Assembly (NCBI GenBank): GCA_965234725.1
Contig: CBDDUX010000040.1
Location: 5,749-69,748, forward strand
Direction of reading: 5' to 3'
Origin: Thermoplasmatota archaeon
GTDB lineage: Archaea > Thermoplasmatota > Penumbrarchaeia > Penumbrarchaeales > Penumbrarchaeaceae
DNA: 64,000 nucleotides
Shown here: piece after piece, positions 1 to 10,698 of the stretch
Numbering within the stretch: the first letter of the stretch is position 1
How the letters are laid out: each line of letters opens with the position of its first letter
Position numbers and translations under genes: made by a program
Notes under the pieces: model-generated
Told to the model about the DNA's origin: nothing
What the model saw: only the letters and a program-made list of their open reading frames with translations
Database searches by the model: none

Positions 1-1538
1 AGCAGGGAAAAATATGCATATCTCCAGTCGAAGAAACCGCCTACCATCACAATGAGGGAATAGATCAGGAACACCCATCCGAACTCGTTGGATTGATATG
101 CAACGGCCGCGGTTACCAGTACAGATAGTAGAAGCATCGAGATGTAGGGAAGCTTCCATGAGAGAGCGGTAATGAACGCTGAAAGGATCAGGACCATCCA
201 CCATGGATAGAACGGTGCGAAGAATAGACCCAGAATACTTAATAAGGCAAATGCACAGGTCCTTAAGACGAGCCCCTTTCTCTCCTCATCCCTGAAAAGG
301 GTTTCAATCCATGTGTACTTATCATCTCCTTCACTTTTCTTCCTGGCCCTCTTCTTCCTTTCGTTCAACCTTTCCCTGATCTCCTTGGCCTTGACAGCTC
401 CGAAACCACTCGCGGTTACTCCGGCAATTACAATTACAAAACCTATCAATTCCAGATATTGCGGTCTTTCCTGTTCATCCATATCCACGGAGAATGACTC
501 TTCGTTGATATCGAACCTGAAACTGAACGTCCAATCCGGTCTGGGCACACCCACCTCGAAATTGTACACCTCATCATGGTATGTCACCTTGATACCGTAG
601 GTTCCGTTATATACCGTTTGATTTGTAAGTGCGATCCCACCGACTGTCTCGGTCTCGTAGGAGTATGTCCCGTTGTAGAAGAGGACGGTTGCCCCGTCCG
701 CCGGTCTTTGCTCGGCTTCATCTATGAGGGTCAGGATGATGAATCCCCTGTATATTGGTACGCCAGGGGTGGGCATAGGATATGTGTAGACCTGAGAGCC
801 GGATCTGACCAAATGATTGTAGCTGTCATAAGCCTCAACATGGAAGCTGATAACGGATCCTTCAGGATAGGGAAGTATCGTGTATGTCATGTGGGTGTTG
901 TTCACCCTTTTGAAATAGTTCACACCCTCCTGAGGGTCTCCATCCGGAAGATTTAGTGTGTAGAAGATATCCGCTCTCTTGATGGATACGAGCGGATCCC
1001 TGGATGTGATATTGACATTGACTGACTGGCCGTTGATCGGCTCCTGGGGTCCCCAATCGAGATCGATGTTCAGGTCGAAATCATTTCCAGACCAGGATCC
1101 ATTCATTACAACAGTATAGGAGTAGGTTGTGGATGTGAGGGGATGGTTCTTCTCATCATAGGCAATGATCTCGTAGTTTATTGTATACCCGCCGGGATAG
1201 CCGGGAATATCAACTTCCATCGTGGACTGGTCCACCCTATTGAACTGGAAACCGCCTTTCGCGGATGTCATCCCTTCGAACGACCATGTGTAGCTGACAT
1301 CCGCTGCATTAATGGTCTGGTTGTTGATGGTTTTTATCGATAGATGAAGAGGTTCGTTGTTCAGCGGACTCCTGTCATTGATGTGGTCAGGCGTCCTATC
1401 GACCTCTATCACCTCCTCGAAGACGTTGGTCTCCCATTCTGCTCCTGCATCCTCGCTCACGAGTATGAACGCAACCGTTGAAGCGAGTATCGTGAGCAAG
1501 ACAATGGAAACTGCGGTATACGATCCATTTATTTTCAT
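1..1538 (-). CDS. Membrane protein: signal peptide, beta-rich extracellular domains, then a polytopic C-terminal membrane region (3' end runs off the window)
   Basis: Not in the ORF track because it has no stop in the window. Hand translation from ATG at 1538 (MKINGSYTAVSIVLLTILASTVAFILVSEDAGAEWETNVF...) stays open to position 1 (...SLIVMVGGFFDWRYAYFSL). GGGGGA RBS-like sequence upstream; 11 nt from the stop of the vWA gene. Confidence 0.85.
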   Translation of the reverse strand, partial: MKINGSYTAVSIVLLTILASTVAFILVSEDAGAEWETNVFEEVIEVDRTPDHINDRSPLNNEPLHLSIKTINNQTINAADVSYTWSFEGMTSAKGGFQFNRVDQSTMEVDIPGYPGGYTINYEIIAYDEKNHPLTSTTYSYTVVMNGSWSGNDFDLNIDLDWGPQEPINGQSVNVNITSRDPLVSIKRADIFYTLNLPDGDPQEGVNYFKRVNNTHMTYTILPYPEGSVISFHVEAYDSYNHLVRSGSQVYTYPMPTPGVPIYRGFIILTLIDEAEQRPADGATVLFYNGTYSYETETVGGIALTNQTVYNGTYGIKVTYHDEVYNFEVGVPRPDWTFSFRFDINEESFSVDMDEQERPQYLELIGFVIVIAGVTASGFGAVKAKEIRERLNERKKRARKKSEGDDKYTWIETLFRDEERKGLVLRTCAFALLSILGLFFAPFYPWWMVLILSAFITALSWKLPYISMLLLSVLVTAAVAYQSNEFGWVFLIYSLIVMVGGFFDWRYAYFSL

Positions 1539-1549
1539 CAGTTATCCCC

Positions 1550-2938
1550 CTATGATCCTACTCCTACCTTCTGTTTTTCGATGATCTTCTTCTTGATGGA
1601 AGTTCGTTTTGCGATCCCAAGTGCTGCTAAACCGGCAAGCATGTACTCGACAGGTACTGTAGCCGTTTGACCAATGGTAACGGGAGTGACATTCGGTGTG
1701 GCAGTAATCACCGGTGCTACGTTAACAGAAGGTGCCACAACCGGTACAGATGGTGGAGGGGGTAATGGAGCCGGTGTAACAGCCGGCGGAGGAGGCGGAG
1801 GCGGTGGAAGGGGCGGAGGTAGGGACCTGATAACATTCACATAGAAAGACGGTATCTCTACCGATTCGTTCCTGCCCCCCCAATCCACGTACACTACTTC
1901 GCTCTCATCCTTGAGGACCCTTGTTCTCCCCTCACCATTTTGTGATATTACCTGAAAACTCACTGACCAGTTCTGGCCGATCTTTAAATGGGGTATGGAC
2001 CAGGAAAGGACCGTTCCCGTTGTAGTATTGATGTTGAATCCATCGGTGATCGTTACAGAATCGGGAAGGTATTCCAGTTCTTCGGACAGGAAAGCATTTG
2101 CCGTGATATTCATGCCAGCGGTGTAATTGTAGAATTGGTCCGAGATCTTCATGTAGATCCGAACGAGTTCTTCCGCGGTCTCAGCCTTGTAGAACTGACC
2201 GTTAGTATATTCCGCCATCCATCTCAAGGCCTTCTCATCCAGTTCGGGTCCTAGACCGATCGTATATAATTTCACCCCGTTGGATACCAGGCGGTCCATC
2301 TGGGGTATGGTAACGTTTGCCGATGATGGATCAGGAACTCCATCCGTGAAGAAGAGGGCGATCCTCTGATTCTCTTCGTTGCCGAATGTCTCGTACTCCG
2401 TATTTACAAGGTCGATGGCATCCTGGAAATTGGTCTGCCCCTGGGGAGCGGCCTTGGCCAGGGCATCCAGGTCGGCATGTACCTGGACATAGGCCGATGA
2501 AAGATGATGGAAAATGGATGCTGTATTGTCGAATTTCACTATCGCAGCCCTATCGAAAGGAGAGATCATATTATTGATATATTCATGCGCTGCAAGGATC
2601 CTCAGCACCTGACCATCGTATGTCTCCAGGGAGCCGGAATGGTCCATGATGAAGACCACATCCTGGGGTGCGAGAGTGATGCCTTTGGTACCTGTTCCCT
2701 GTACGGTCAAAGTAACGGATGTATTGTCCGGTTGGTTCTCTGATGTGGACCTCCAGAAGGATTCATCAGATGTGGATAGCCTGGGAAGCAGGTAACCCCC
2801 GCCTATCTGAGCCGTTTCGCCATTGGTTTCTTCAGCAATTGAAGGTATCAATAAGAATGAGAGGATCATCAGGACTAAGATCGGCATCCTGAGGCCAATT
2901 CGGAGGTTCCATCCCCTGAGATGATCTTTCACTGCCAT
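1550..2938 (-). CDS. Secreted/anchored von Willebrand factor A domain protein with poly-Pro stalk
   Basis: Signal peptide; intact MIDAS elements (DVVFIMDHSGS, GQTNF, FFTDG, LYTIGLG); PPPLPPPPPPPP linker; short hydrophobic segment plus basic C-tail. Confidence 0.85.
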   Translation of the reverse strand: MAVKDHLRGWNLRIGLRMPILVLMILSFLLIPSIAEETNGETAQIGGGYLLPRLSTSDESFWRSTSENQPDNTSVTLTVQGTGTKGITLAPQDVVFIMDHSGSLETYDGQVLRILAAHEYINNMISPFDRAAIVKFDNTASIFHHLSSAYVQVHADLDALAKAAPQGQTNFQDAIDLVNTEYETFGNEENQRIALFFTDGVPDPSSANVTIPQMDRLVSNGVKLYTIGLGPELDEKALRWMAEYTNGQFYKAETAEELVRIYMKISDQFYNYTAGMNITANAFLSEELEYLPDSVTITDGFNINTTTGTVLSWSIPHLKIGQNWSVSFQVISQNGEGRTRVLKDESEVVYVDWGGRNESVEIPSFYVNVIRSLPPPLPPPPPPPPAVTPAPLPPPPSVPVVAPSVNVAPVITATPNVTPVTIGQTATVPVEYMLAGLAALGIAKRTSIKKKIIEKQKVGVGS

Positions 2939-2989
2939 TTTGTAATTACACTCCTTTCAATGATTCATTATTTTTCTTACCTGATTATC

Positions 2990-3015
2990 AGGGGAGGAAA
3001 GACATTTCCTCCCCT
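2990..3015 (-). terminator. 11-bp stem-loop immediately after the stop codon of the giant Ig-repeat gene (terminator or mRNA stabiliser)
   Basis: AGGGGAGGAAA-gaca-TTTCCTCCCCT perfect inverted repeat; no adjacent U-tract. Confidence 0.5.
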
Positions 3016-6000
3016 CAATTTGGCCCATTTTGATCCCAGTTTGTGTCCTCTGGTACGGTCTCCTTTTTCTTGAACGGATTTCTGATCTTGCGCTTCTCTT
3101 CGTTCTTCTGAGGCTCATCCGTCTTTTCCTTTGGATTCATGGGTTTAGGTGTCGAGCTCTCCTTCGAAGATTCCACGGGCTGGTCGGGATTTTCTTTTTT
3201 CATTCCCTCTCCTTTTGCCCACTTTGTGATCACACCAGTATAGAATAGAACAAAGATCAGGATCACCAGGATGATGAAAAGAATTAGCCAGATCAATGGC
3301 AGATAATCGGTGAACCTTTGTATGAAAGTATCTTTTTCCTTGTATTCCTTGACACTGATCATTCCGGATGAGACCCTCTCATTTCCCAGGCTGTCGGTGG
3401 ACCTGATCTGGAAAATATGAGACCCTCCATTCACACCGGATGTGGGCCAGAACAGGATGAATTTATTGGGATGGGAGGAATTCGCATCAGGTGTCATCTC
3501 CCTCCATCCCTGGGAGTCGATGTTGATCATAACATTTTCAACTCCTGAGGGATCTTTCACAATAGCCTCGAAAACGACCGATGTCCCCTCTTTTACCTCG
3601 CCTGTTTTGATCTCCTGGTCACCCTTGATCCAGTAGTAATCCAGAGTTATTTCCGGTCCAGTGTTGTCAACCTTGATCCCGTATGAGGATTCCATATGAT
3701 TCCCCGCCCTATCTATACATTGGACCTTCAGGAGGTGGTCTCCATCGCTTACAGTCTTTGTATCTAACAGATATTCATAGTAAAGACCGCCTTCTCCTCT
3801 GTATATCTCAAAGGCCGGTCTATCGTCAATCGATAATTGGACCTGCCTGATCCCAATGGAATCATAAGCATAGAACCTTAAGGTCTGGACCCCTGCAAAT
3901 GATTGGCCTGGAATAATTGTTGCCTGTGAAATAATGGGCGCAGTATTGTCAACAACCACTTCAACATCGAAATCGGTCATGTGACCTGCCATGTCAACGG
4001 TCCTTATTGTTACCGTATGTCTGCCATCGATCACCTTGGTGGTGTTCCATGTTTTGGTAACATCGAACCAGGTTGTCCCATCTATCGCGTACTTGACAAC
4101 CCCGGGAAATTCATCATCGGAATATGCCCTGACAACGAATATACCGCTGATAAGCTGGTCCTTTACCGGAGCTTCGACCGTAAGTTCAGGATTGTTGTTG
4201 TCAACATTGAACTCAACCAATGATGTGTCCAATGTCTTGCCGGAAAGGTCCAATACGGTTGCGTTCATCTTATAAGTGCCGTCAGTGAGTGTCCTTGTAT
4301 CCATCGTATATTCATAGTACCCTGATAGAGTATTCAGGGACATCCGTTTCTCCATTCCGGCCAATTTCAATATAACATGTTTAATGCCGACCTCATCGGT
4401 AGCGGATATCCTGAAGGTGTATGTTCCCTCGATGAACTCCCCATTATTAGGGCCAGTGATCCCGATCTCCGGATAATTGTTGTCAACTATGACTATAATA
4501 AATTCGGTAGTGACATGCCCCGCCAGATCGGTCGCCCTAATCGTTACTTCATGGTGGCCATCCGGAACCATGGCCGTATTCCACCCTATTGAAACTGGTT
4601 GCCAGGAAGCTCCGTCTATGTTGTAGTCAGTTCCCTTCTTGAAGACATCACTGTTCACAACGTCGAAGAAGAACAACCCTGAGACGATCTCACCTTCATT
4701 GGGTGAGTTTATGTTGATCGTGGGAGCTCTGTTGTCAACATTGAAGAAAATCGGACCAAAAGTGTAGGACTTGCCTGTGAGGTCGAACGCAATTGCGGTT
4801 ACATTCCTGACCCCATCCTCTCCGGCACCCCATGTTATCGTGTTTGAAGAATATTCATAGTATCCGGTCTGGGCGTTGAAAGGTACCTTGGCATCCAAGT
4901 CGTAAACATGTATTGTAACATAGTCTATCCCAACTATGTCAAAGGCGGTAACTCGAATGGTGATCACTCCCTCCACGAACTCGCTGGATACTGGAGAGGT
5001 TATTGTGCAAGTAGGAGCAATATTATCCATGAAAATGCTAAAACTGACAGACGAGGACCATCCTGCACTGTCGTATGCATTGAATGTTATAGTATGGGTG
5101 CCATCGTTAAATATCGATGTATCAAGGAGGAAAGAAGCATTGGCCCATTCTCCGATCATATCATAGGATAGGGTTACTGGCTCGTTTTCATCGATCCTGT
5201 ATGTAATACGATTGAGGTGAACATCCCTTCCCAGAATATTGATGGATGTCTTTCCTGAGAGAATATACCCGTTGCCCATATCGTTTAACACGATCTCGGG
5301 GGAATGGGTATCCACATTGAACATTACAGGTCCTATCCGGAGAACCTTTCCCGACAGATCTTGGATCGTAACAGTGATGTTGTAATCCCCGTCAGGGATC
5401 AGTGTCACATCGGTTCTGAACTCGTAATACCCTGTAGCTGAATTATAACTCATTGAGAGGTCACCGGTGATACCGGGGAAATCCAGTCCGATCATGACAT
5501 GATCAATACCCACGATGTCAGATGCGACGACCCTGAATACCGGTGTCAATTCGGTTACAAAAGCATTGGCTCCGGGGTATGATATCGTTCCAACCGGTAA
5601 ATAGTTGTCAATTATCACGTTTACAGCTGTTGTGGTGGTATGCCCCGCGTCATCAAGGGATCTGATGGTAATCAGATGATTTCCATCTCCAAAAGTTGAA
5701 GTGTTCAATGGGACGGTTTCATCAACCCAACCTGTTCCATCAACGCTGTACTCCGTCCTGTTCAGGAAGACATCTGTTGTGTTCACGGATATCAGAATAT
5801 ATCCCTCCAGGAATGCACCAGGTAGAGGATCAACAACTCTCAATACGGGTGCGTTGTTATCGATCCTGAATGTAACGGGAGAGGAGATCGATATTTTACC
5901 ACTCAGGTCATGACCTGATGCAGTACACTGGTAGATACCATCGGTCTTCAGAGTGGTATCGGTTGTGAACTCAAAGTATCCGGAAGATGAGGAAAAGGTC

Positions 6001-9000
6001 GCGAGGAAATCTGTTCCGAAAACACTCAAATAGACCCTATCGATCCCCACGGAATCGATAGCCGAAATCCTGAATGTATATGCTTGGTCCAAGAACTCAT
6101 CCGGAGATGGTGAGTTTATCGTAATGACTGGATAGGTATTGTCCACTATCAGTGTCATTGTTTGTTTGATATCATGGCCGGAACTATCCCTCGCCCTGAA
6201 AATAACACTATGGCTGCCGTCGAGTAGATTGTTTGTTAACCACAATTCAGTAATGGGATTCCACGTTCCTCCATCAACAGAATAGCCTACATCCAGGAGG
6301 AATCTGTCAGTTGCTGTAACATTGAAAGTTACGTTTCCTGAAACATAATCCCCTGTTTGTAATCCATTGACGGTCATCTGGGGTGCGGAATTATCTATCT
6401 TGAAGCTGACCCAAGAGGATTGGGCTACCTTTCCACTCAGATCGTATGATATCGCCCTGCAAGAGTAATTTCCATCCGTTCGAATGGAAGTATCAGTTGT
6501 ACACTCATAGTAGCCAGATGAACCAGAGAATGTTGCTGTAAAGTTGACGTTGAATACGTTCAGATATACACGGTCTATTCCAACAGAATCAGATGCGGAA
6601 AGACGGAATGTATATGTTCCTTCAACGAACTCATCGGCCACCGGGCTATTGATGGAGCAAACGGGAACGTTATTGTCCACGATCAATGTCAGGGTTTGAG
6701 TTGTTGTGTGGCCAGCCTGGTCCCGCGCCCTGATCGTAATTATATGAGATCCGTCCAGAATGGTTGTTGTATCCCATGTCTGTGTTGAATTGACCCATCC
6801 TCCTCCATCGATAGAATACATGACGTCCTTCAGGAATGCATCTGATACATTCACGGTGAAGCCCAGCGTACCGGAGATGTAATCACCGGTCTGGAGACCA
6901 ACGACCGCCAATTCCGGTGCAAAATTATCCACCCTGAAAGTCACTTCAGTTGAATTCGTATTCTTACCCGAGAGATCATATGCCACTGCAGTAACATTAT
7001 AGATGCCATCAGTAACCGTCAGTGTATTGAATTGATATTCGTAATACCCTGTCTGCTTGTTCAGGGTTGTCTGGACACTGTCCGAGAACATTTCAAGGAC
7101 CACCCTGTCAATTCCAACTGTATCGGTGGCTGATACCTGGAAAGAGAAAACTCTCTCGATGAATCTTCCGTTAAATGGGGATACCATGTTACAGGTGGGT
7201 TGGTTATTGTCCACAGTAAATGGAATTGATTGTTCTGTAAGGTGGGACGCCATATCCTGGGATCTGACGAATAATGTATGGGATCCGTCCTGCAGGTCGG
7301 TTGTGTTGAGATGGACCCACCAATCAGGATCGGAACCCGAGAGGTTTTGCCATCCTCCCGAATCTATCCTGTATTCCACCTTTTGAAGGAACAGATCCGA
7401 TGAGGCAATTGAAAGATTGTAAATTCCCCCTATAATCTCTCCAGATTCGGGAGAGTTGATGGAAAGGGAAGGATCGTTATTGTCTATGTAGAAGGTTATC
7501 GTATCTGTATCAGTCAACTGATTGACGAAATCATAGGCCGTAGCGTATACGGTATAAGTTCCATCGGGCCTTGTCTGTGTTGAAACCGTATACTCATAAG
7601 ATGATGTTATCGGATTGTATGGAAGAGTGATGGTATTGCCGAAGATGTTTATATCGACATGGCTCACTCCCACGGCATCTGTGGCCACTACTCTGAATGT
7701 GTATGATCCTTCGAGGTAGTTCCCGTCAATCGGTGAGTTGATATAAGCGGTCGGATTCGTATTATCCACGAAGATTGTTAGTGTGGATTCGCCTGTCAAT
7801 CCAGCAGAATCCTTTGCCTCAATGGTCAGAGTATGGGTGCCGTCCGTTATCTGAGAGGTGTCATATGAACCGTTCCAGACATTGCCATCCCTGGTCAGTG
7901 GTATCCATGCGTTCTGGTCCACCTTGAACCTGGCTGATATGACATAGGAAGTCGTGTTGACAGATATGGGCATTACGGATGTGACATACGAACGGTCCAA
8001 TGGTTTATTGATTATCGGATTCGGAGGCGAATTGGAAAGTGTGAAATTATTGGGCCCGTAGTTCGTAATTCCATCCGCAAAATCCTCAACAGTCACATTG
8101 AACCAGCAAGAGCCATCGGGAAAGCTGTATGTACTCACGGTCCTTTCCCAGTTCAGACTAGCCGCGTTATAATACAGATTCAATGTACCGGCCGTCTGCA
8201 TCTTTCCACCAAAAGTTATCTTGACACTTTTAATCACTTCTGGGGTATCAGCCTTCACTTTGAAGGTGTAGGCTCCTCCGATAAGCTCGTTTGCTGTCGG
8301 AGCAATGATGTCCACGTTGATGGGTTCCTTGACCCTCAGAGTAATATTTGCATATCTTACGAGAGTGCCATCCGAACCCTGAACCGAGAAGTTGTATGTC
8401 CCGACCGGTGTATTGGAAGCTGCCTCAATCATCATATTTGTGAAATCATTGGAAGAGCTGATTGGATTCGATGAGAAAGTTACGTTGAAATACTGCGAAC
8501 CTGTATCCGGTGTCGCTGTCATGGTTACACTATTGGTGTAACTGTTGATCGTATCCATTGTTAGACTATAAACAGCGTTTGAACCGGGAGATGTTACCTT
8601 GTATTCGGGATCGGCCGAGATGAAATAATCAGGATTCGTGGAAACCCGAAGCATTACCTTCACTCCCTTTGTCTCCCCGGCGTAACCTGTGTCATTTCCA
8701 TATACCATCAGATAATAGTTTCCGGCAGTAAGTGAGGAAGTCGTTGTAATATTAAGGTATACACTTTCAGTCGAGGCACCATCTGTGTTCACAGAGTATC
8801 TGCTCAATGTTGCTGAAGCTCCGGATGGAGTGCTTGTATTTACGGATCCAGCCGTTTGCCATCTATAATGAAGGTCGATATCCTTGGTTATTCCGAACGA
8901 ACTCACATCTATCTGATAGGAAGCATTCATCCCGGGTGCGATCAGATGCGAGGTGGGCTGGGCCCCCATCTCGAAATCGGAGGTGATCAGAATCGTATAA

Positions 9001-9839
9001 TTGTTAGTGCTCGAGTCTTCGAAATTCTCGTCAATTACGCAGAGGCCGTAATTGCCTGAGATCTCCGGGTCATAGGAGAAGCTCAGATCCTCTCCGCTGG
9101 ATGATGCATGGTCGGATATCAATGCATTATCAGAGTTGCCTGAACCCCTGAAAAGATACATCGATAATTTTTCCGTGGGAGGAACAGAATATATGTCGAA
9201 ATCATAGCTGCCTCCGGCATCAAGGTAAACATCGTACATGTTTACTATGGGGAGGTCTCCTCTAAGGGTACCATCATAAGTACCGGTCCCGTGGTCTTCG
9301 AAAAGGGAATACCTCCTCTCACCGATCACCAGATCGCCATTTGCATCAGGGTCAGATCCGTAAAGATCGGATGCGACAGTATGGTAATCGGACTCGATCC
9401 GGACCCCATCTGTCCAATCCTGACCGGTGAACTTAACCACTTTTGCATATTTGTAATTCCCTGTGTAGGTATGCCCGTCAATGACCACGAAATCTATCTC
9501 ATCGCTTCCCTTCGTCGATGAAGAAATTGAATCATCCATCTCGTAATCGTCATATGCGAAAAGATCGAAGTCCTCTCCGGGTTCCCGGTTCATTATTGCT
9601 ACTGCCGTATATTCATTGGTCTTCGTGGGTACCTTGAACTCGAGCTCGTCGGGAATTGAAGTCCACCACCAACCGGTTGTATATATTCTGGCCGATCGGT
9701 CGTTCTTCAATGTTCCTCCCGGTTTTGTCTCGGCAACCGCATCCTCCGAAATAAGGACCATAAAGGATGCGGCGATCAACAATGATACTCCGATCAGGGC
9801 AAACGATGCTTTAGAAAAATGGATTTTCAGATTTGACAT
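3015..9839 (-). CDS. Giant cell-surface protein (2274 aa) with about 18 tandem Ig-like (Big-type) domains and a C-terminal TM anchor
   Basis: Signal peptide; recurring [VI]DNxxP..I.SP...DG.[YH] units every ~85-95 aa; TM YLPLIWLILFIILVILIFVLFYTGVI; charged tail. Confidence 0.85.
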   Translation of the reverse strand: MSNLKIHFSKASFALIGVSLLIAASFMVLISEDAVAETKPGGTLKNDRSARIYTTGWWWTSIPDELEFKVPTKTNEYTAVAIMNREPGEDFDLFAYDDYEMDDSISSSTKGSDEIDFVVIDGHTYTGNYKYAKVVKFTGQDWTDGVRIESDYHTVASDLYGSDPDANGDLVIGERRYSLFEDHGTGTYDGTLRGDLPIVNMYDVYLDAGGSYDFDIYSVPPTEKLSMYLFRGSGNSDNALISDHASSSGEDLSFSYDPEISGNYGLCVIDENFEDSSTNNYTILITSDFEMGAQPTSHLIAPGMNASYQIDVSSFGITKDIDLHYRWQTAGSVNTSTPSGASATLSRYSVNTDGASTESVYLNITTTSSLTAGNYYLMVYGNDTGYAGETKGVKVMLRVSTNPDYFISADPEYKVTSPGSNAVYSLTMDTINSYTNSVTMTATPDTGSQYFNVTFSSNPISSSNDFTNMMIEAASNTPVGTYNFSVQGSDGTLVRYANITLRVKEPINVDIIAPTANELIGGAYTFKVKADTPEVIKSVKITFGGKMQTAGTLNLYYNAASLNWERTVSTYSFPDGSCWFNVTVEDFADGITNYGPNNFTLSNSPPNPIINKPLDRSYVTSVMPISVNTTSYVISARFKVDQNAWIPLTRDGNVWNGSYDTSQITDGTHTLTIEAKDSAGLTGESTLTIFVDNTNPTAYINSPIDGNYLEGSYTFRVVATDAVGVSHVDINIFGNTITLPYNPITSSYEYTVSTQTRPDGTYTVYATAYDFVNQLTDTDTITFYIDNNDPSLSINSPESGEIIGGIYNLSIASSDLFLQKVEYRIDSGGWQNLSGSDPDWWVHLNTTDLQDGSHTLFVRSQDMASHLTEQSIPFTVDNNQPTCNMVSPFNGRFIERVFSFQVSATDTVGIDRVVLEMFSDSVQTTLNKQTGYYEYQFNTLTVTDGIYNVTAVAYDLSGKNTNSTEVTFRVDNFAPELAVVGLQTGDYISGTLGFTVNVSDAFLKDVMYSIDGGGWVNSTQTWDTTTILDGSHIITIRARDQAGHTTTQTLTLIVDNNVPVCSINSPVADEFVEGTYTFRLSASDSVGIDRVYLNVFNVNFTATFSGSSGYYECTTDTSIRTDGNYSCRAISYDLSGKVAQSSWVSFKIDNSAPQMTVNGLQTGDYVSGNVTFNVTATDRFLLDVGYSVDGGTWNPITELWLTNNLLDGSHSVIFRARDSSGHDIKQTMTLIVDNTYPVITINSPSPDEFLDQAYTFRISAIDSVGIDRVYLSVFGTDFLATFSSSSGYFEFTTDTTLKTDGIYQCTASGHDLSGKISISSPVTFRIDNNAPVLRVVDPLPGAFLEGYILISVNTTDVFLNRTEYSVDGTGWVDETVPLNTSTFGDGNHLITIRSLDDAGHTTTTAVNVIIDNYLPVGTISYPGANAFVTELTPVFRVVASDIVGIDHVMIGLDFPGITGDLSMSYNSATGYYEFRTDVTLIPDGDYNITVTIQDLSGKVLRIGPVMFNVDTHSPEIVLNDMGNGYILSGKTSINILGRDVHLNRITYRIDENEPVTLSYDMIGEWANASFLLDTSIFNDGTHTITFNAYDSAGWSSSVSFSIFMDNIAPTCTITSPVSSEFVEGVITIRVTAFDIVGIDYVTIHVYDLDAKVPFNAQTGYYEYSSNTITWGAGEDGVRNVTAIAFDLTGKSYTFGPIFFNVDNRAPTININSPNEGEIVSGLFFFDVVNSDVFKKGTDYNIDGASWQPVSIGWNTAMVPDGHHEVTIRATDLAGHVTTEFIIVIVDNNYPEIGITGPNNGEFIEGTYTFRISATDEVGIKHVILKLAGMEKRMSLNTLSGYYEYTMDTRTLTDGTYKMNATVLDLSGKTLDTSLVEFNVDNNNPELTVEAPVKDQLISGIFVVRAYSDDEFPGVVKYAIDGTTWFDVTKTWNTTKVIDGRHTVTIRTVDMAGHMTDFDVEVVVDNTAPIISQATIIPGQSFAGVQTLRFYAYDSIGIRQVQLSIDDRPAFEIYRGEGGLYYEYLLDTKTVSDGDHLLKVQCIDRAGNHMESSYGIKVDNTGPEITLDYYWIKGDQEIKTGEVKEGTSVVFEAIVKDPSGVENVMINIDSQGWREMTPDANSSHPNKFILFWPTSGVNGGSHIFQIRSTDSLGNERVSSGMISVKEYKEKDTFIQRFTDYLPLIWLILFIILVILIFVLFYTGVITKWAKGEGMKKENPDQPVESSKESSTPKPMNPKEKTDEPQKNEEKRKIRNPFKKKETVPEDTNWDQNGPN

Positions 9840-9978
9840 TAGATTCCCCCTTTAAACATTATTATCGGAGACTTTATTACTTTCAGGGCCTCCGCTCTAT
9901 TTTCAAATTGAAACTGATCGTATATAATTTGCTTTGTAAAAATCTCAATTAATAATACAAAGAAATTTTAGTTTTCAC

Positions 9979-10698
9979 TCAGCGGTAATTTGGCATTTCA
10001 AGATGGATCTCTTCTTCTTCCACATCCTCCACACCCCTTCCAGTCAGCTTGAAATGGACTTCTTCACCAGTAGGCATGGACCTGTGCTTGACCACGGTAG
10101 CTTTGCGGATCCCCTTTTCTCCCACTTTATCTATCCTTATGATCACCTTGCAGTTGTGGGAAAGGGAATGACCTCCGATCGGTCTTACATCTCCAGGCCC
10201 CATGGAGGAATAGACTTGTGTAGTTATCAGAACCGGTATGTCCAGTTTCCTTGAGATGTTCATCAGGTCCAGCAGTATCTGGGAGATCTCCCTTCTTCCA
10301 TCCTCATCCCTTCCCGAACCAAGGTTCATCCTGTAAAAGACCGTGGCTGAATCCAGGACCACCAGACCGATATGAAGGTCTTTCTCAACGAGCTTCATTG
10401 TGGACCGCATGGCATCTTTCAGCTGGTTTGAGTTCAGAGGTTGGAAGAAAAGGACCTCTCTGGATATGTTCTCGTGGTCATCTTCACCGCATATCTGCTG
10501 GAACCTCTCCATAGATACACCCTCAGTGTCGATGTAAATGACCTTCTGACCAGCTTGGACCACATTCCTTGTGACCTGGAGGCAGATATTGGTCTTACCT
10601 GAACCTCCCTCACCATAGAGCTGAGTTATAGCGGAGCTTTCTATGCCCCCTCCCATTATCCTGTCAATGGCTTCACACCCTATGGGGACCCTGCTCAA
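9979..10698 (-). CDS. radB: DNA repair and recombination protein RadB
   Basis: Short RecA-fold ATPase without the RadA N-domain: GEGGSGKT, YIDTEG, VVLDS, PIGGHSL, and the RadB-typical KHRS motif. Confidence 0.92.
   Translation of the reverse strand: MSRVPIGCEAIDRIMGGGIESSAITQLYGEGGSGKTNICLQVTRNVVQAGQKVIYIDTEGVSMERFQQICGEDDHENISREVLFFQPLNSNQLKDAMRSTMKLVEKDLHIGLVVLDSATVFYRMNLGSGRDEDGRREISQILLDLMNISRKLDIPVLITTQVYSSMGPGDVRPIGGHSLSHNCKVIIRIDKVGEKGIRKATVVKHRSMPTGEEVHFKLTGRGVEDVEEEEIHLEMPNYR

Noticed and set aside
313-1584. Plus-strand track ORFs (313-600, 576-956, 1143-1343, 1357-1584)
   Set aside because: Shadows of the open minus-strand gene <1..1538. The many other short antisense or off-frame ORFs inside long genes are dismissed for the same reason.
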